The notes under the pieces: model-generated
Seen by the model: only the letters and a program-made list of their open reading frames with translations
The model's database searches: none
What the model was told of the DNA's origin: nothing
Made by a program: the position numbers and the translations under genes
Part shown: positions 21,537 to 31,294 of the stretch, piece after piece
How the letters are laid out: each line of letters begins with the position of its first letter
How positions within the stretch are numbered: position 1 is the stretch's first letter
NCBI GenBank assembly: GCA_965249485.1
Contig: OZ252239.1
Location: forward strand, 1,152,001-1,216,000
Length of the DNA stretch: 64,000 nt
Reading direction: 5' to 3'
Source of the DNA: a bacterium
GTDB lineage: Bacteria > SM23-31

Positions 21537-22067
21537 CTACGAGCCTGTTCTGATGTGCTGTACAATAATGGTGTAAGGAGAATCGGCTGTGTCGATTATT
21601 CTGCACACAAGAAATTTCCCATCCCGACGTGCGGCGAATATATGTCCCCTGTTAGCATTGTATTGAAATGTTTCGACAATATTCTCTTTAAACCGGAGGG
21701 GAAGAGAAAGAGTCTGATGGTCTGCTGCCGGATCGACCATGTTTCTGTTAACGGTCCATTTTAATTCTGCTCCTCTCGATTCAAAATACTGTACAATTCG
21801 TTCAACTGAATCGGTCGTGCGGAAGATCAAGTCCATATCTCTCTCATCATACACGAAACCTTTCAGTATAGCCCCATTTGGATAGAGAGGGATTTCCCCA
21901 GGAAAAAAATTGGGTACGGTGTAAATTACAAAGTTTCGAGAATTGTCGGGAAATTGTTTTATGAGTCCCTGAACGGGTCCGCGTGGTTGGATTGGCCGAT
22001 TAGGTGCGCAACCGGTCCAGATTATCAGTGCGCTGATAATAGTCATCAAATAAAACCGAAAGAACAT
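21537..22067 (-). CDS. Hypothetical lipoprotein
   Basis: MFFRFYLMTIISALIIWTG-C lipobox-like signal; FP.EIPLYP.G motif. Start chosen at the signal peptide. Confidence 0.6.
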   Translation of the reverse strand: MFFRFYLMTIISALIIWTGCAPNRPIQPRGPVQGLIKQFPDNSRNFVIYTVPNFFPGEIPLYPNGAILKGFVYDERDMDLIFRTTDSVERIVQYFESRGAELKWTVNRNMVDPAADHQTLSLPLRFKENIVETFQYNANRGHIFAARRDGKFLVCRIIDTADSPYTIIVQHIRTGS

Positions 22068-22297
22068 AAATTGATTGCTTATTTGTTTTCTCTGGTATAT
22101 TTTTATACAAGATATAACGGGACATTCCTTAGGCGCCGGTTTACCCCGCGATTTATACAACATGTTCATAAAGAACATCGCAGTGTGGAGGTCTTACGTT
22201 TTTTGTGAATAGATCATTTGTGTCGGGCTAGTATAGGGATTCTTTTTTCTAAAAAGAAAGTGAAAAGAGAAATTGCTGTAAATCTCCGGGAGAATTA

Positions 22298-22774
22298 ATG
22301 GCAACCAAACAATTTTATTATAAGTTCATAATTAATAGTGCAGTATTATTGCTGTCCTTTTCAAATTTACTTGGACAACAAAATGTTGAAAGTATCACTT
22401 CAAGTGAGATTCTCCTTGGAGATTATTGGGATCCCGAAACACGCGAATTGTCTATAATATTTGATAACCAATCGTTACTCGATCTAGAGGGACAAGGTTC
22501 GAGGAGAGTCCAACTATGGGTCGAAATCCGGAACGGAACCGGCCGCCTGTTAACATGGGTATTTGAATACCCGAACGGCATCCGGCAGGAAGTGTTTACG
22601 CAGCGGATTAGGTATGGACGATTCCGTACATATCTTGAGAAGACTTTTCACGAAAAGATGTGGGATCCTTCCCGGAAGCAGCTTATATCCAACACAGGGC
22701 TCTGCAAAATTCTCCTTATTGATAAGGAGGATAACAACAATATAGTTGCAACGAAGCAAATAGAACTTAAATAA
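22298..22774 (+). CDS. Exported hypothetical protein
   Basis: GGGAG RBS, signal-peptide-like N-terminus, 158-aa open frame. Confidence 0.6.
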   Translation: MATKQFYYKFIINSAVLLLSFSNLLGQQNVESITSSEILLGDYWDPETRELSIIFDNQSLLDLEGQGSRRVQLWVEIRNGTGRLLTWVFEYPNGIRQEVFTQRIRYGRFRTYLEKTFHEKMWDPSRKQLISNTGLCKILLIDKEDNNNIVATKQIELK

Positions 22775-22821
22775 CTGATTTGATAATTATAAGGTACAGA
22801 CGATATTCAAGGAAAATATTC

Positions 22822-22850
22822 TTGCCATTTATCATTAAAATGCCTATACT
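22822..22850 (+). promoter_or_regulatory. Putative sigma70 promoter
   Basis: TTGCCA-N17-TATACT. Confidence 0.4.
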
Positions 22851-23082
22851 ATAAAGCTTTTGTATTTGGCTGGCTATATGGCCTGTCGCTGTTTCTGCAT
22901 ATGAGCATGTTCTGTATATAAAAATGTATATAATAACCGGATATCGTAACCAAGGACAAGTATTGCCTAGTCCGAAAATACTTGAATAGATTATTGACGT
23001 ATGGATTGGATGGTAGTTCAAAATAAACCTCGAAGTATACTGAAATTTCACTATACTGACATCCCTTCATGTGAAATTTTTT

Positions 23083-23121
23083 AAAATGCACCCGAACTGT
23101 AATTGGGGTGCATTTTTTTTT
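23083..23121 (+). terminator. Rho-independent terminator-like hairpin
   Basis: AAAATGCACCC-N12-GGGTGCATTTTTTTTT. Confidence 0.7.
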
Positions 23122-23165
23122 GTTCATGTTGTTTAACCCTTCACCATTAATAGAAGATTGAGCTT

Positions 23166-23900
23166 ATGTCCAATTTAAAAGAGACTCTGGAATTATTAGC
23201 CGCACTCCAGGATGTGGATAAAAAAATGTTTCATCTTGAGTTATCCAAAGGGGACCTTCCAAAATTAGTAACTCATCTGAAAAATTCAATACTGGCTGTT
23301 GAAAATCAGATTGAAACAATTCGTAATTCTATTAGAGAAGCTAATAAAGAGCAAGTTAACACAGAAAATCTTGTTGAACTTGCTCAGGGAAAATTAAAAA
23401 AGTATCAAAATCAGCTTTATGATGTCACTAGCAATAAAGAATATGATGCGATTACCCATGAGATAGAGTTGAAAAATAAAGAGATTGAAGAAGGTGAATT
23501 ATACGTGCTGGAAAGTATACAATTGAATGAAGAAGAACAAAGTCAACTCAATGAGCAGGAACAGGAACTGAAACAGCTTAAAAGTGACCTAAAATCAAAG
23601 GCAAAAGAGCTCAACACCTTGACAAAGAAAACGGAAAAAGAAGAGTTGAAACTCAATCATCAGCGTGAGAAATTAATTGTCAGGATAAAAAATGCTACTT
23701 TAAACCGTTACGACAGAATAAGAAAAGCAAAAAGTGGTATAGCAGTTGTTCCTATAAAACGTGATGCGTGTGGTGGTTGTTTTAAATCAATCCCACCCCA
23801 AAAAATAGTCGAAGTCGGTAACCTCGAACGACTCATTCAATGTGATGTGTGCGGCAGAATTCTCATTCCGGAAGAAAAGCTTGATGCTATCCCTTTCTAA
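23166..23900 (+). CDS. Coiled-coil/C4 zinc-ribbon protein (DUF164, CT398/HP0958-like)
   Basis: LQ.VD..., long coiled coil, YDRIR..K.G.AVV...CGGC..IPPQ...CDVCGRIL. Confidence 0.9.
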   Translation: MSNLKETLELLAALQDVDKKMFHLELSKGDLPKLVTHLKNSILAVENQIETIRNSIREANKEQVNTENLVELAQGKLKKYQNQLYDVTSNKEYDAITHEIELKNKEIEEGELYVLESIQLNEEEQSQLNEQEQELKQLKSDLKSKAKELNTLTKKTEKEELKLNHQREKLIVRIKNATLNRYDRIRKAKSGIAVVPIKRDACGGCFKSIPPQKIVEVGNLERLIQCDVCGRILIPEEKLDAIPF

Positions 23901-24093
23901 GGGTGACACTGAGCGGTTTTAAATTATTCTAACCTTGCAATGTTTACCCCACCATACTTGGATTCCGTCACCAATATGCGAAGGAAAAAAGGTGCTATCC
24001 TTAAAATATGCAATACATATATTTCGCTCATAATATTTCTATTATATTGAGAAAGACAACTGCTGTTTTTCGGGGAATTGTATGTGTTTAGAT

Positions 24094-25550
24094 TTACAAA
24101 GCAGAAAGGTTAGAGTTTCTGTTGGCAAGCAATGTGTCACTGTTTCTACTGTTCGATGTGCTGCTGCTTGATTGCTTTTTTCCAGATTTGTCAACCGGAA
24201 GATGCAGTGAGACGGTGGTCCCAATGCCGACTTTACTCTTGATTTTAATGTTACCGCCATGGTTCTTAATGATTCCATACGCTACCGACAATCCCAAACC
24301 TTTCCCTGGTTGGTGTCCACCTCCAAACGGACCTTTTGTAGTAACAAACGGATCAAAGATATTTTTCAGAATTTCCTCTTCAATACCGATACCGGTATCT
24401 GAGATTTCAATAACGACATTCGAACGTTCTTGACGTGATTGGATCGAGAGCGTACCGCCATCCTCCTCCATGGCATCGCGAGCATTGGTAACAATATGTA
24501 AAATAACCTGGGCAATTTGATTTAAATCGCACAATACATGCGGGATCGATTCATGAAAGGTTCTGATATTAATCCCTTTTTCAAGCAAATCGGTCCGTAT
24601 TAGCGATACAAGGGTATCAAGTTCTTTGTTGATATCGGTTTCCACTCTCTGAGGTGAATAGGGACCGGAAAAATCAAGAAGATTGTCAATAATCTTTGCG
24701 GCACGTTTCGATAAATCGATGACGTTCCCCAGCGTTTTTTTGTCTCACTGATATTGTCGCTGATAAGTGCTAATTCACTATATCCCATTATTGCAGCAAA
24801 AATATTGTTAAACTCGTGAGCAATACCACCGGCAAGAAGGCCGAGGCCTGCAAGCTTTTCGGACTGGATGATTAACTTCTGTGTTTTATGGAGTTCGGCA
24901 AAAGTGTTTTTGAGGTTTTCATTTGTATCTTTGAGAGTCTTATTCGTCTCACTTAGCGTGTGGAATAATCTGATATTTCCAATGACGAGTCCGGCATGCT
25001 GCATAAAAATATTGAGAAAATTTATCTTTTCCTTCGGGATATCTTTTTTTTGTGTAAAACTGATATTGAGAACACCTTCGGGTTTATTTTGACTGAGAAG
25101 AGGAACACATATAAGTGTTTTAATATCTACCTGGGTATCGGGAAATTTACAGAATCGCTCATCGAGATCGGTATCATTAATATAGATCACCTTCCCATGC
25201 TCAAGAGACCAGCCTGCTGCACATTCGCCCATCTTGAACCGAGTGCCGATCGTGGAGATATCATTTTGTTTTGTGGAATCAAAGTGAGTTCCTGATTGCA
25301 CTGCCTGAAGTTCAAGAATATTGTCATGAGCATTATAGAGCATGAGCGAACAGCAATCCGGAGACATTTCGTCGAACATGAGATTGACAATTTTGTGGCT
25401 TGCTTCTCTCAGATCATACACATAACCGAGAACATCACCAACCTGACGTAATAACGAAAGTTCGTGTACTTTGTCTTCATAACGGTTTTCTAAATCTCCA
25501 ATTGCATTTTGGAGAATCGATATCCGTTTATGTAATTTTTCCGAACTCAT
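24094..25550 (-). pseudogene. GAF-domain sensor histidine kinase with a frameshift at the A7 run (24735-24741)
   Basis: GAF domain, then H-box EKLAGLGLLAGGIAHEFNN. HATPase motifs (NARDAM, DTGIGI, FDPFVTTK, GLGLS) follow in the second frame. Confidence 0.88.
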
Positions 25551-25561
25551 ATACTATACAA

Positions 25562-26422
25562 TTACTTCATCACTTGGAGCAATGCCTCTAGTTTTCCCCG
25601 CATACCCTCCAAATCCTGACGGATCTGATTCATATGTGACGATTTAAAATTTAAAATTGAATAAGCATGTTGATCTATTTGTGCCGGGATGATGCTCCCG
25701 CCTATTCTAACCTTTTCTTCCTGACAGATAAGATTAGTTATATAGGTCAAATATGTCAGGGGTGCATACCGTCTCGGCGCCTGGGCCGGTATATGATGGT
25801 ATTTTATCGCAGTTAATAACTCCTCAGGAAAATTCCACTTCTCACCTAATATATAGCCGATTTCGCAAAGTTCGCTTCCGAGAATAGCTTTCTCGGCTTC
25901 ATAATATGAAATTTTTTCAGCACGAGCGGTACGGACTACATCTTTGTATTCTTCTTCAAAATAACTGTCCACGACAACTTTCCCGATATCGTGCAAGAGA
26001 CATGCAATAAAGGCTTTGTCCGGTTCATAAAATTTTACATGTTCAGCAATAATTTTACCCAGATAACCGCACGCTATTGAGTGGAGCCAGAACTGCTCTC
26101 TGTCAAAATAATCATCACCTTCTTTATGTGGAAACATACCGAAAACCGAGACGCTGAGTGCGATGTTTTTTACCATATCGAATCCGAGAATCACGATAGC
26201 ACGGGAAAGATCGCTTACTTGTTTCGCATAACCGTAATACGCAGAATTGGCCATGTTGAGAACTTTTGCCGTTATCGATTGGTCATTTTTGATCGTTTCC
26301 TGCAGAATGGTTGCCGATGATTTCGGATCATCTATTGTATTAAGAACTTGCTCAAAAATAACAGGTAGCGTAGGCAGCTTTTTAATATTCTGTAGGACTT
26401 CTTTACGAATATCCAATTCCAT
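25562..26422 (-). CDS. HDOD domain protein
   Basis: LPTLP, D..ITAKVL..ANSAYYG, FWLHS, LLHDIGK, W.FP. Confidence 0.93.
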   Translation of the reverse strand: MELDIRKEVLQNIKKLPTLPVIFEQVLNTIDDPKSSATILQETIKNDQSITAKVLNMANSAYYGYAKQVSDLSRAIVILGFDMVKNIALSVSVFGMFPHKEGDDYFDREQFWLHSIACGYLGKIIAEHVKFYEPDKAFIACLLHDIGKVVVDSYFEEEYKDVVRTARAEKISYYEAEKAILGSELCEIGYILGEKWNFPEELLTAIKYHHIPAQAPRRYAPLTYLTYITNLICQEEKVRIGGSIIPAQIDQHAYSILNFKSSHMNQIRQDLEGMRGKLEALLQVMK

Positions 26423-26552
26423 GATCAATTCCTTCAATTACGGCCCCATAGCCGCCATGATATAATAAATCGGACAAACACGTACGAGACTTCGATATCC
26501 GGTGATGTATTGTGAAAACGCTTGAAATTTGTGTAATACCATCTATTAGCGC

Positions 26553-27158
26553 TCAATGTGTTAATAAAATATTCGGAGTAGCTCTGCGAATTCTGATTGT
26601 CAGCCAAGCTCCCACTGCAATCTTAATTATGTCGGAAGGTAAGAATATTACAAAACCCACCCACAACACATTAAAGATGTCCCCAAGAAGTGCTTTAGAA
26701 TATATAAAAAAAAATGTGACGCCAATCGTATATATTACAATCGATCCTGAACCGTAAATCACAATATAATGAACAAACTTCCGTTTATCATTTCTCTGCG
26801 CTTTTTGATCCGGAGACTGCAATCGTTTTGACAAGACACCCATCACAAAAGCTGCTATGGGAAATGAGAGGAGATAACCGAATGTCGGATCGAAGATATA
26901 TCCGATACCTCCCCCTCCTGCAAAAACAGGCAGTCCAAGCAGACCGGCAGCGAGGTAGAGTACCTGACTGGTAAATGCTCCACCAGGACTCAACAATCCT
27001 GCTGCAAGAAAAACAGACAACGTTTGTAATGTGAACGGTACAGGCGGTACCGGAATCCTGATTAGCGCTCCGACTGCGGTCAATGCCGCAAAGAGTGCCG
27101 CTAAAATTGCCGTGCGAACTGTTTCTCTTGAGTGTAAAATGGGTGTATCACGGTCCAC
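26553..27158 (-). CDS. bioY: Biotin transporter BioY
   Basis: PVPFTLQT, Y..GL.GLPVFAGG, PT.GYL.SF. Confidence 0.93.
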   Translation of the reverse strand: MDRDTPILHSRETVRTAILAALFAALTAVGALIRIPVPPVPFTLQTLSVFLAAGLLSPGGAFTSQVLYLAAGLLGLPVFAGGGGIGYIFDPTFGYLLSFPIAAFVMGVLSKRLQSPDQKAQRNDKRKFVHYIVIYGSGSIVIYTIGVTFFFIYSKALLGDIFNVLWVGFVIFLPSDIIKIAVGAWLTIRIRRATPNILLTH

Positions 27159-27375
27159 AGAGAATATTGAAATAAGTTGTTGGTGCTGGTTGTGCGCGAA
27201 TTACTATGTACAGAAAATAACACCGGATACAAGATTCGATTGTATTTGGTTTAAAAGTATAAAGGAATTCTCTGTTATGCAATAAAATTTTATCCACAAA
27301 ATGGTATTAATATCTTAATTTGTGATCTGTCTCACATTAAAATGCTTTAGATACATGAACGCTGTAGAAAAACTA

Positions 27376-30084
27376 TCAGAAATTATGGCCGAGTGAAAAA
27401 TGTATCCTGTCGCCAAAGTTTAAGGTTTTGCCATATCCAATTTCAAGAGGACCAACTGGTAAATCAAATGATAGAGCAGTTCCAAACGCATTTCTGAAAT
27501 CAGCAAATGAGAATTTCTCAGACTTCTCCGAAAGATTCGCAATATCCCACCGTACGGTCAAATATGTGTCGAAGATATTCTGCAGTGGCATTTTTAACCG
27601 ATAACCGAGGTTTGCAGCTAATATAGTCTTCCCATGTAATGTGTTGAGACGGTTTCCAAAGAATGTATCTGATCCGCCCCAGTGGAACCGCTGTGAGTAG
27701 GGGAGTGTTTCATCAGCGAATCCTGCAACAATCCGCGATTCGATCGTATGGTTTTCCTGTAAAGTAAATACATATCCCAAAGATGAATAAAATTTCACAT
27801 AGGATACTTCACTCCCGAGTAGAGAAGATGCATTTTCGTAATAAACTCTATGAAAATTTCCTCTTCTCGGAAATGGAAACCGGTCGCGCGTATCGACGAG
27901 TGACTCAAATGTCAGGGTTCGGAGGTGAATCCTTTCATTGACGGTATTGAAATATGGATCTCGTACCTCGACAGGAAGTGTAAGAAACGGTAACGCTTCA
28001 ATTTCAATATCATCCATATTCAGTCGTGCGGATACAGTGCCGAATCTGCCGAGCTGTCGCCCTAAAGAAAGCGACCCGCCAAGGCGTGTGTCTTGGAACT
28101 CGCCACTCCGGATGAAATCTCGTGTATAATCTGTTAAAAAATCGGTATGTATTGTGTAATGAACGTCCCCATTCATAGTCAAATAGGATAAGAATATTCT
28201 ATCAATGCGAAATTGGTACTGGAAAGCCTGGTCCCGAGGGCCATATCTGATGTGGAGTTGTGATTTCAGTCCGAGACCTCCGAAGTTATCGTCGGATAAC
28301 TCTATAAAACCTTTCGTTTTCTGGTCAAAGTCATACCGTGCTCCAAATCGGACAATTTCTGATTTTTGCTCCTCCATATTAATTTGGAGGATCAGTCTGT
28401 CCTTTTCTCTTGTGATCGTCGGAAATACACGCTGAAAAAGGCCTGTACCGTAAATGTTGTCTATACCCTGTTCAACTAGAAAGTAATTGAATATAGTGCC
28501 GCTTTTCTGAGACATCTCACGCCGTATGACATGCGGCTGTGTTTTGTCGTTGCCGATCAATTGTATGCCGTTAATGACTCCTTCGTCAATAAAAACCGAA
28601 AGTGTTTGAGAAATGGGATCAATTTCAATTCCATTTATCTGAGCTATAGAATAACCATTTTCATTGTAGAGATTGAGTATTTTGTTTATGAAAAGAACCG
28701 CATTGTTCGTATTAAATACATTATATTCGCCAAATGTATAGAGTTGAATTATCTCTTCTGAAGAAAAAATTGTATTGCCGGATATTTGTATAGAGGTAAT
28801 GGCTGGATTTTCCACGACTGAATAGGCGACGTTGTGCGTGTCTCCTGTTCGTGTGATCACAGCTTTTACGTCTTCGAAATAACCTGTTTCATGGAGAGTT
28901 TTGAGATTCTGTTCTATCTGTATATCTGAAGTCGTATTATTCAAAGCTGAATCAGTAATACTGCGTATGAAAGCGGAGGGGATTCGCTTGTTACCAGAGA
29001 TTATGACAGATTCGGCAGTAAACCGCGCCGATGTTTCTCCATTCTCATTCATTGTTTCGAGTAAGTTCAGAATTGCCGGCATCATCTGACGTGTTTTTGC
29101 CCTGCCAAGCTCAATGAATTCCCGAATCGAATTGATGGCATAGCCGTCGACAGATCCCAAATCCGGTTTAATAACAATATCCGCACGTTCTATGGACCGT
29201 TCATTCCGGTCTTTTTGCATAATGGTTGAGTAATGGTCCATCTGTTTCCACGGGAATGTCATCTGCTCTGCAGTCAGAAGCGGTGATGTACAATCTACAG
29301 CTATAATAATGTCGCTGCCCATTGACTGGGCTACATCTGTCGGAATATTATTCACGATGCCGCCGTCAACATAAGCACGGCCGTCGATCGTTACTTCTGA
29401 AAATAGAAACGGGGCGGCTATGCTGCTCAGTATTGTTAGTGCGAGGTTTCCTTCATCGAAAACTTTTTGTGTTCCATTATACTTATCGAGCGCAATAATA
29501 CGCAGTGGTATTTTCAAGTCGTCAAAGTCAGCCACAGGAAGGGTATTTGCTCGCATAATAAGTGAATGCAGTGCACTGAACAACTGCTGTCCCTGGCTGA
29601 TTGCTTGCGGTATATATGGTTTGAATCCATCAAATCGTAATTCGATCAGATGCCGGTTGAAATCAGCTTTCTGACCTACGAACATTGTGGACCGCTCCGG
29701 AGTATTCCTGAAAATGTTTGCCCAATCGGTGCTGAGCGAAAACTCCTCAATCTCAGCAGGGGAATAACCGGTGGCGTAGAGTCCTCCGACAATCGAGCCC
29801 ATGCTCGAACCAGAAATATAATCCACAGTGATTCCGGCTTTTTCCAGTTCCTCAAGAATTCCGATTTGAGCAAAACCACGCAAACCGCCTCCGCTCAGGG
29901 CAATTCCAATTGTGGGTTGTGCCACTTTCTTGAAGTGGAATGATCCCAGTGTATCTCCTTTATAGGTGAGCACAATTTCTCGTGGATATTCTGAGAAATT
30001 TTGACCTGCCTTTGCATCGACTGGACAAAACAATCTTACAATTAAAACGAACACAACTTGAAGTGTTGTAAACGACCTATACAT
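27376..30084 (-). CDS. Patatin-like phospholipase + POTRA + Omp85/BamA-like barrel (PlpD/type Vd-like)
   Basis: LSGGGLRG, GSSMG (GxSxG) and DGG motifs; three POTRA-like repeats (I.ISGN..); C-terminal ...HFSLGHNF. Confidence 0.9.
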   Translation of the reverse strand: MYRSFTTLQVVFVLIVRLFCPVDAKAGQNFSEYPREIVLTYKGDTLGSFHFKKVAQPTIGIALSGGGLRGFAQIGILEELEKAGITVDYISGSSMGSIVGGLYATGYSPAEIEEFSLSTDWANIFRNTPERSTMFVGQKADFNRHLIELRFDGFKPYIPQAISQGQQLFSALHSLIMRANTLPVADFDDLKIPLRIIALDKYNGTQKVFDEGNLALTILSSIAAPFLFSEVTIDGRAYVDGGIVNNIPTDVAQSMGSDIIIAVDCTSPLLTAEQMTFPWKQMDHYSTIMQKDRNERSIERADIVIKPDLGSVDGYAINSIREFIELGRAKTRQMMPAILNLLETMNENGETSARFTAESVIISGNKRIPSAFIRSITDSALNNTTSDIQIEQNLKTLHETGYFEDVKAVITRTGDTHNVAYSVVENPAITSIQISGNTIFSSEEIIQLYTFGEYNVFNTNNAVLFINKILNLYNENGYSIAQINGIEIDPISQTLSVFIDEGVINGIQLIGNDKTQPHVIRREMSQKSGTIFNYFLVEQGIDNIYGTGLFQRVFPTITREKDRLILQINMEEQKSEIVRFGARYDFDQKTKGFIELSDDNFGGLGLKSQLHIRYGPRDQAFQYQFRIDRIFLSYLTMNGDVHYTIHTDFLTDYTRDFIRSGEFQDTRLGGSLSLGRQLGRFGTVSARLNMDDIEIEALPFLTLPVEVRDPYFNTVNERIHLRTLTFESLVDTRDRFPFPRRGNFHRVYYENASSLLGSEVSYVKFYSSLGYVFTLQENHTIESRIVAGFADETLPYSQRFHWGGSDTFFGNRLNTLHGKTILAANLGYRLKMPLQNIFDTYLTVRWDIANLSEKSEKFSFADFRNAFGTALSFDLPVGPLEIGYGKTLNFGDRIHFSLGHNF

Positions 30085-30329
30085 TTGCGTTACACTTTTT
30101 TAATAGGGGCGATAAGGTAGTTTATAGTGAATTAGCATACCAAAAACCATGCTGATATACAATTCGACAATCACGAAAATCTTTTTCACATGAATGTGAA
30201 AAAGATATAAAAAGTTTCAATATTTATCAATGAATATCTTCCAAGATTGCTTCGGGGTTTTTAATTGCATTTCGTAGCGGTAATCGCTATATTTTTTGGC
30301 ATTGTACGAACCGCTAAAGGAATTCTTCT

Positions 30330-31067
30330 GTGTCGCAGCAAAAGAAAGTAATCTTTATTTCCGATGTTCATCTCGGAATGAACCATGATACAAATGAACA
30401 GGAAAGAGAGCAGAAGCTCATCTCTTTTCTCCGTAAAACGTTTGAAAGTGGAGACAGACTTTTCATTGTAGGTGACCTTTTCGATTTCTGGTTTGAATAC
30501 AAAACAGTTATTCCCAAAGATTACATCCGCATCCTCTCATGCTTGAAGGAGATGACCCAAGAAGGTGTCAGGATAGACTACATTGCCGGAAATCACGATT
30601 TTTGGGCTGGTGATTTTTTCCAAAAAGAGCTCGGACTCATTTTTCATCCGGAACCGATTCGAGAGACCATCGGAAACAAGACATTTTACATCATTCATGG
30701 TGACGGATTGAAAAAATCGGACGGTGGATACCGGCTGCTTAAGGGGATATTCCGTAACAGGCTGAATATTTTTCTCTACCGGTGGCTTCATCCCGATCTT
30801 GGAGTGCCGTTTGCAAAATGGTGTTCGGGATCAAGCCGGAAACACACCGCAAATAAAGATTTCGGAGATGAAAAGGAATACATCGATTTTGCTGAAACCA
30901 TGTTTGAAGATGGTGTTGATCACGTTATTCTAGCTCATACTCACCGGCCTCTCGAACACAAAACCGGCAACGGCAAAAGCCTTGTCAACCTCGGTGACTG
31001 GATCGAACATTTCACTTATGCCCAGTTTTATGACAACACGCTAACACTCCAACGATATACGACCTGA
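30330..31067 (+). CDS. lpxH: UDP-2,3-diacylglucosamine diphosphatase-family metallophosphoesterase
   Basis: FISDVHLG, GDLFDFWFEY, GNHDFW, HGD, HTH, NLGDWI. Confidence 0.85.
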   Translation: MSQQKKVIFISDVHLGMNHDTNEQEREQKLISFLRKTFESGDRLFIVGDLFDFWFEYKTVIPKDYIRILSCLKEMTQEGVRIDYIAGNHDFWAGDFFQKELGLIFHPEPIRETIGNKTFYIIHGDGLKKSDGGYRLLKGIFRNRLNIFLYRWLHPDLGVPFAKWCSGSSRKHTANKDFGDEKEYIDFAETMFEDGVDHVILAHTHRPLEHKTGNGKSLVNLGDWIEHFTYAQFYDNTLTLQRYTT

Positions 31068-31107
31068 CGTTTTTTGCACATATCTCAGTGATTAATGAAT
31101 AAAAAAC

Positions 31108-31169
31108 TGTCATTACGGTCGGATTCCCGGTTAATAGCTTGGACAAAGTGGAGAAACCTCGACCGTAAT
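31108..31169 (+). repeat. TGTC-tagged palindromic (REP-like) element
   Basis: TGTC followed by ATTACGGTCG (31112-31121) and its perfect inverse CGACCGTAAT (31160-31169); intergenic. Confidence 0.45.
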
Positions 31170-31294
31170 TTATTCCAGATTCCGGCAATTCTCACAAACC
31201 ATATTATTGCTTTTGATTTTGCATAATTATATCTCTATATTTACATTTCCATTGTCTAATAACTATTGATTTCATTCCTCTTTTACAATTATAA

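Noticed and set aside
23901..24093. RNase P RNA, often found near the zinc-ribbon gene
   Set aside because: No GAGGAAAGUCC-type conserved motif was seen and the space is too short.
26467..26495. Possible sigma28 promoter upstream of the HDOD gene
   Set aside because: Only a partial -10 (TCCGATTT) and a poor -35; too weak to call.
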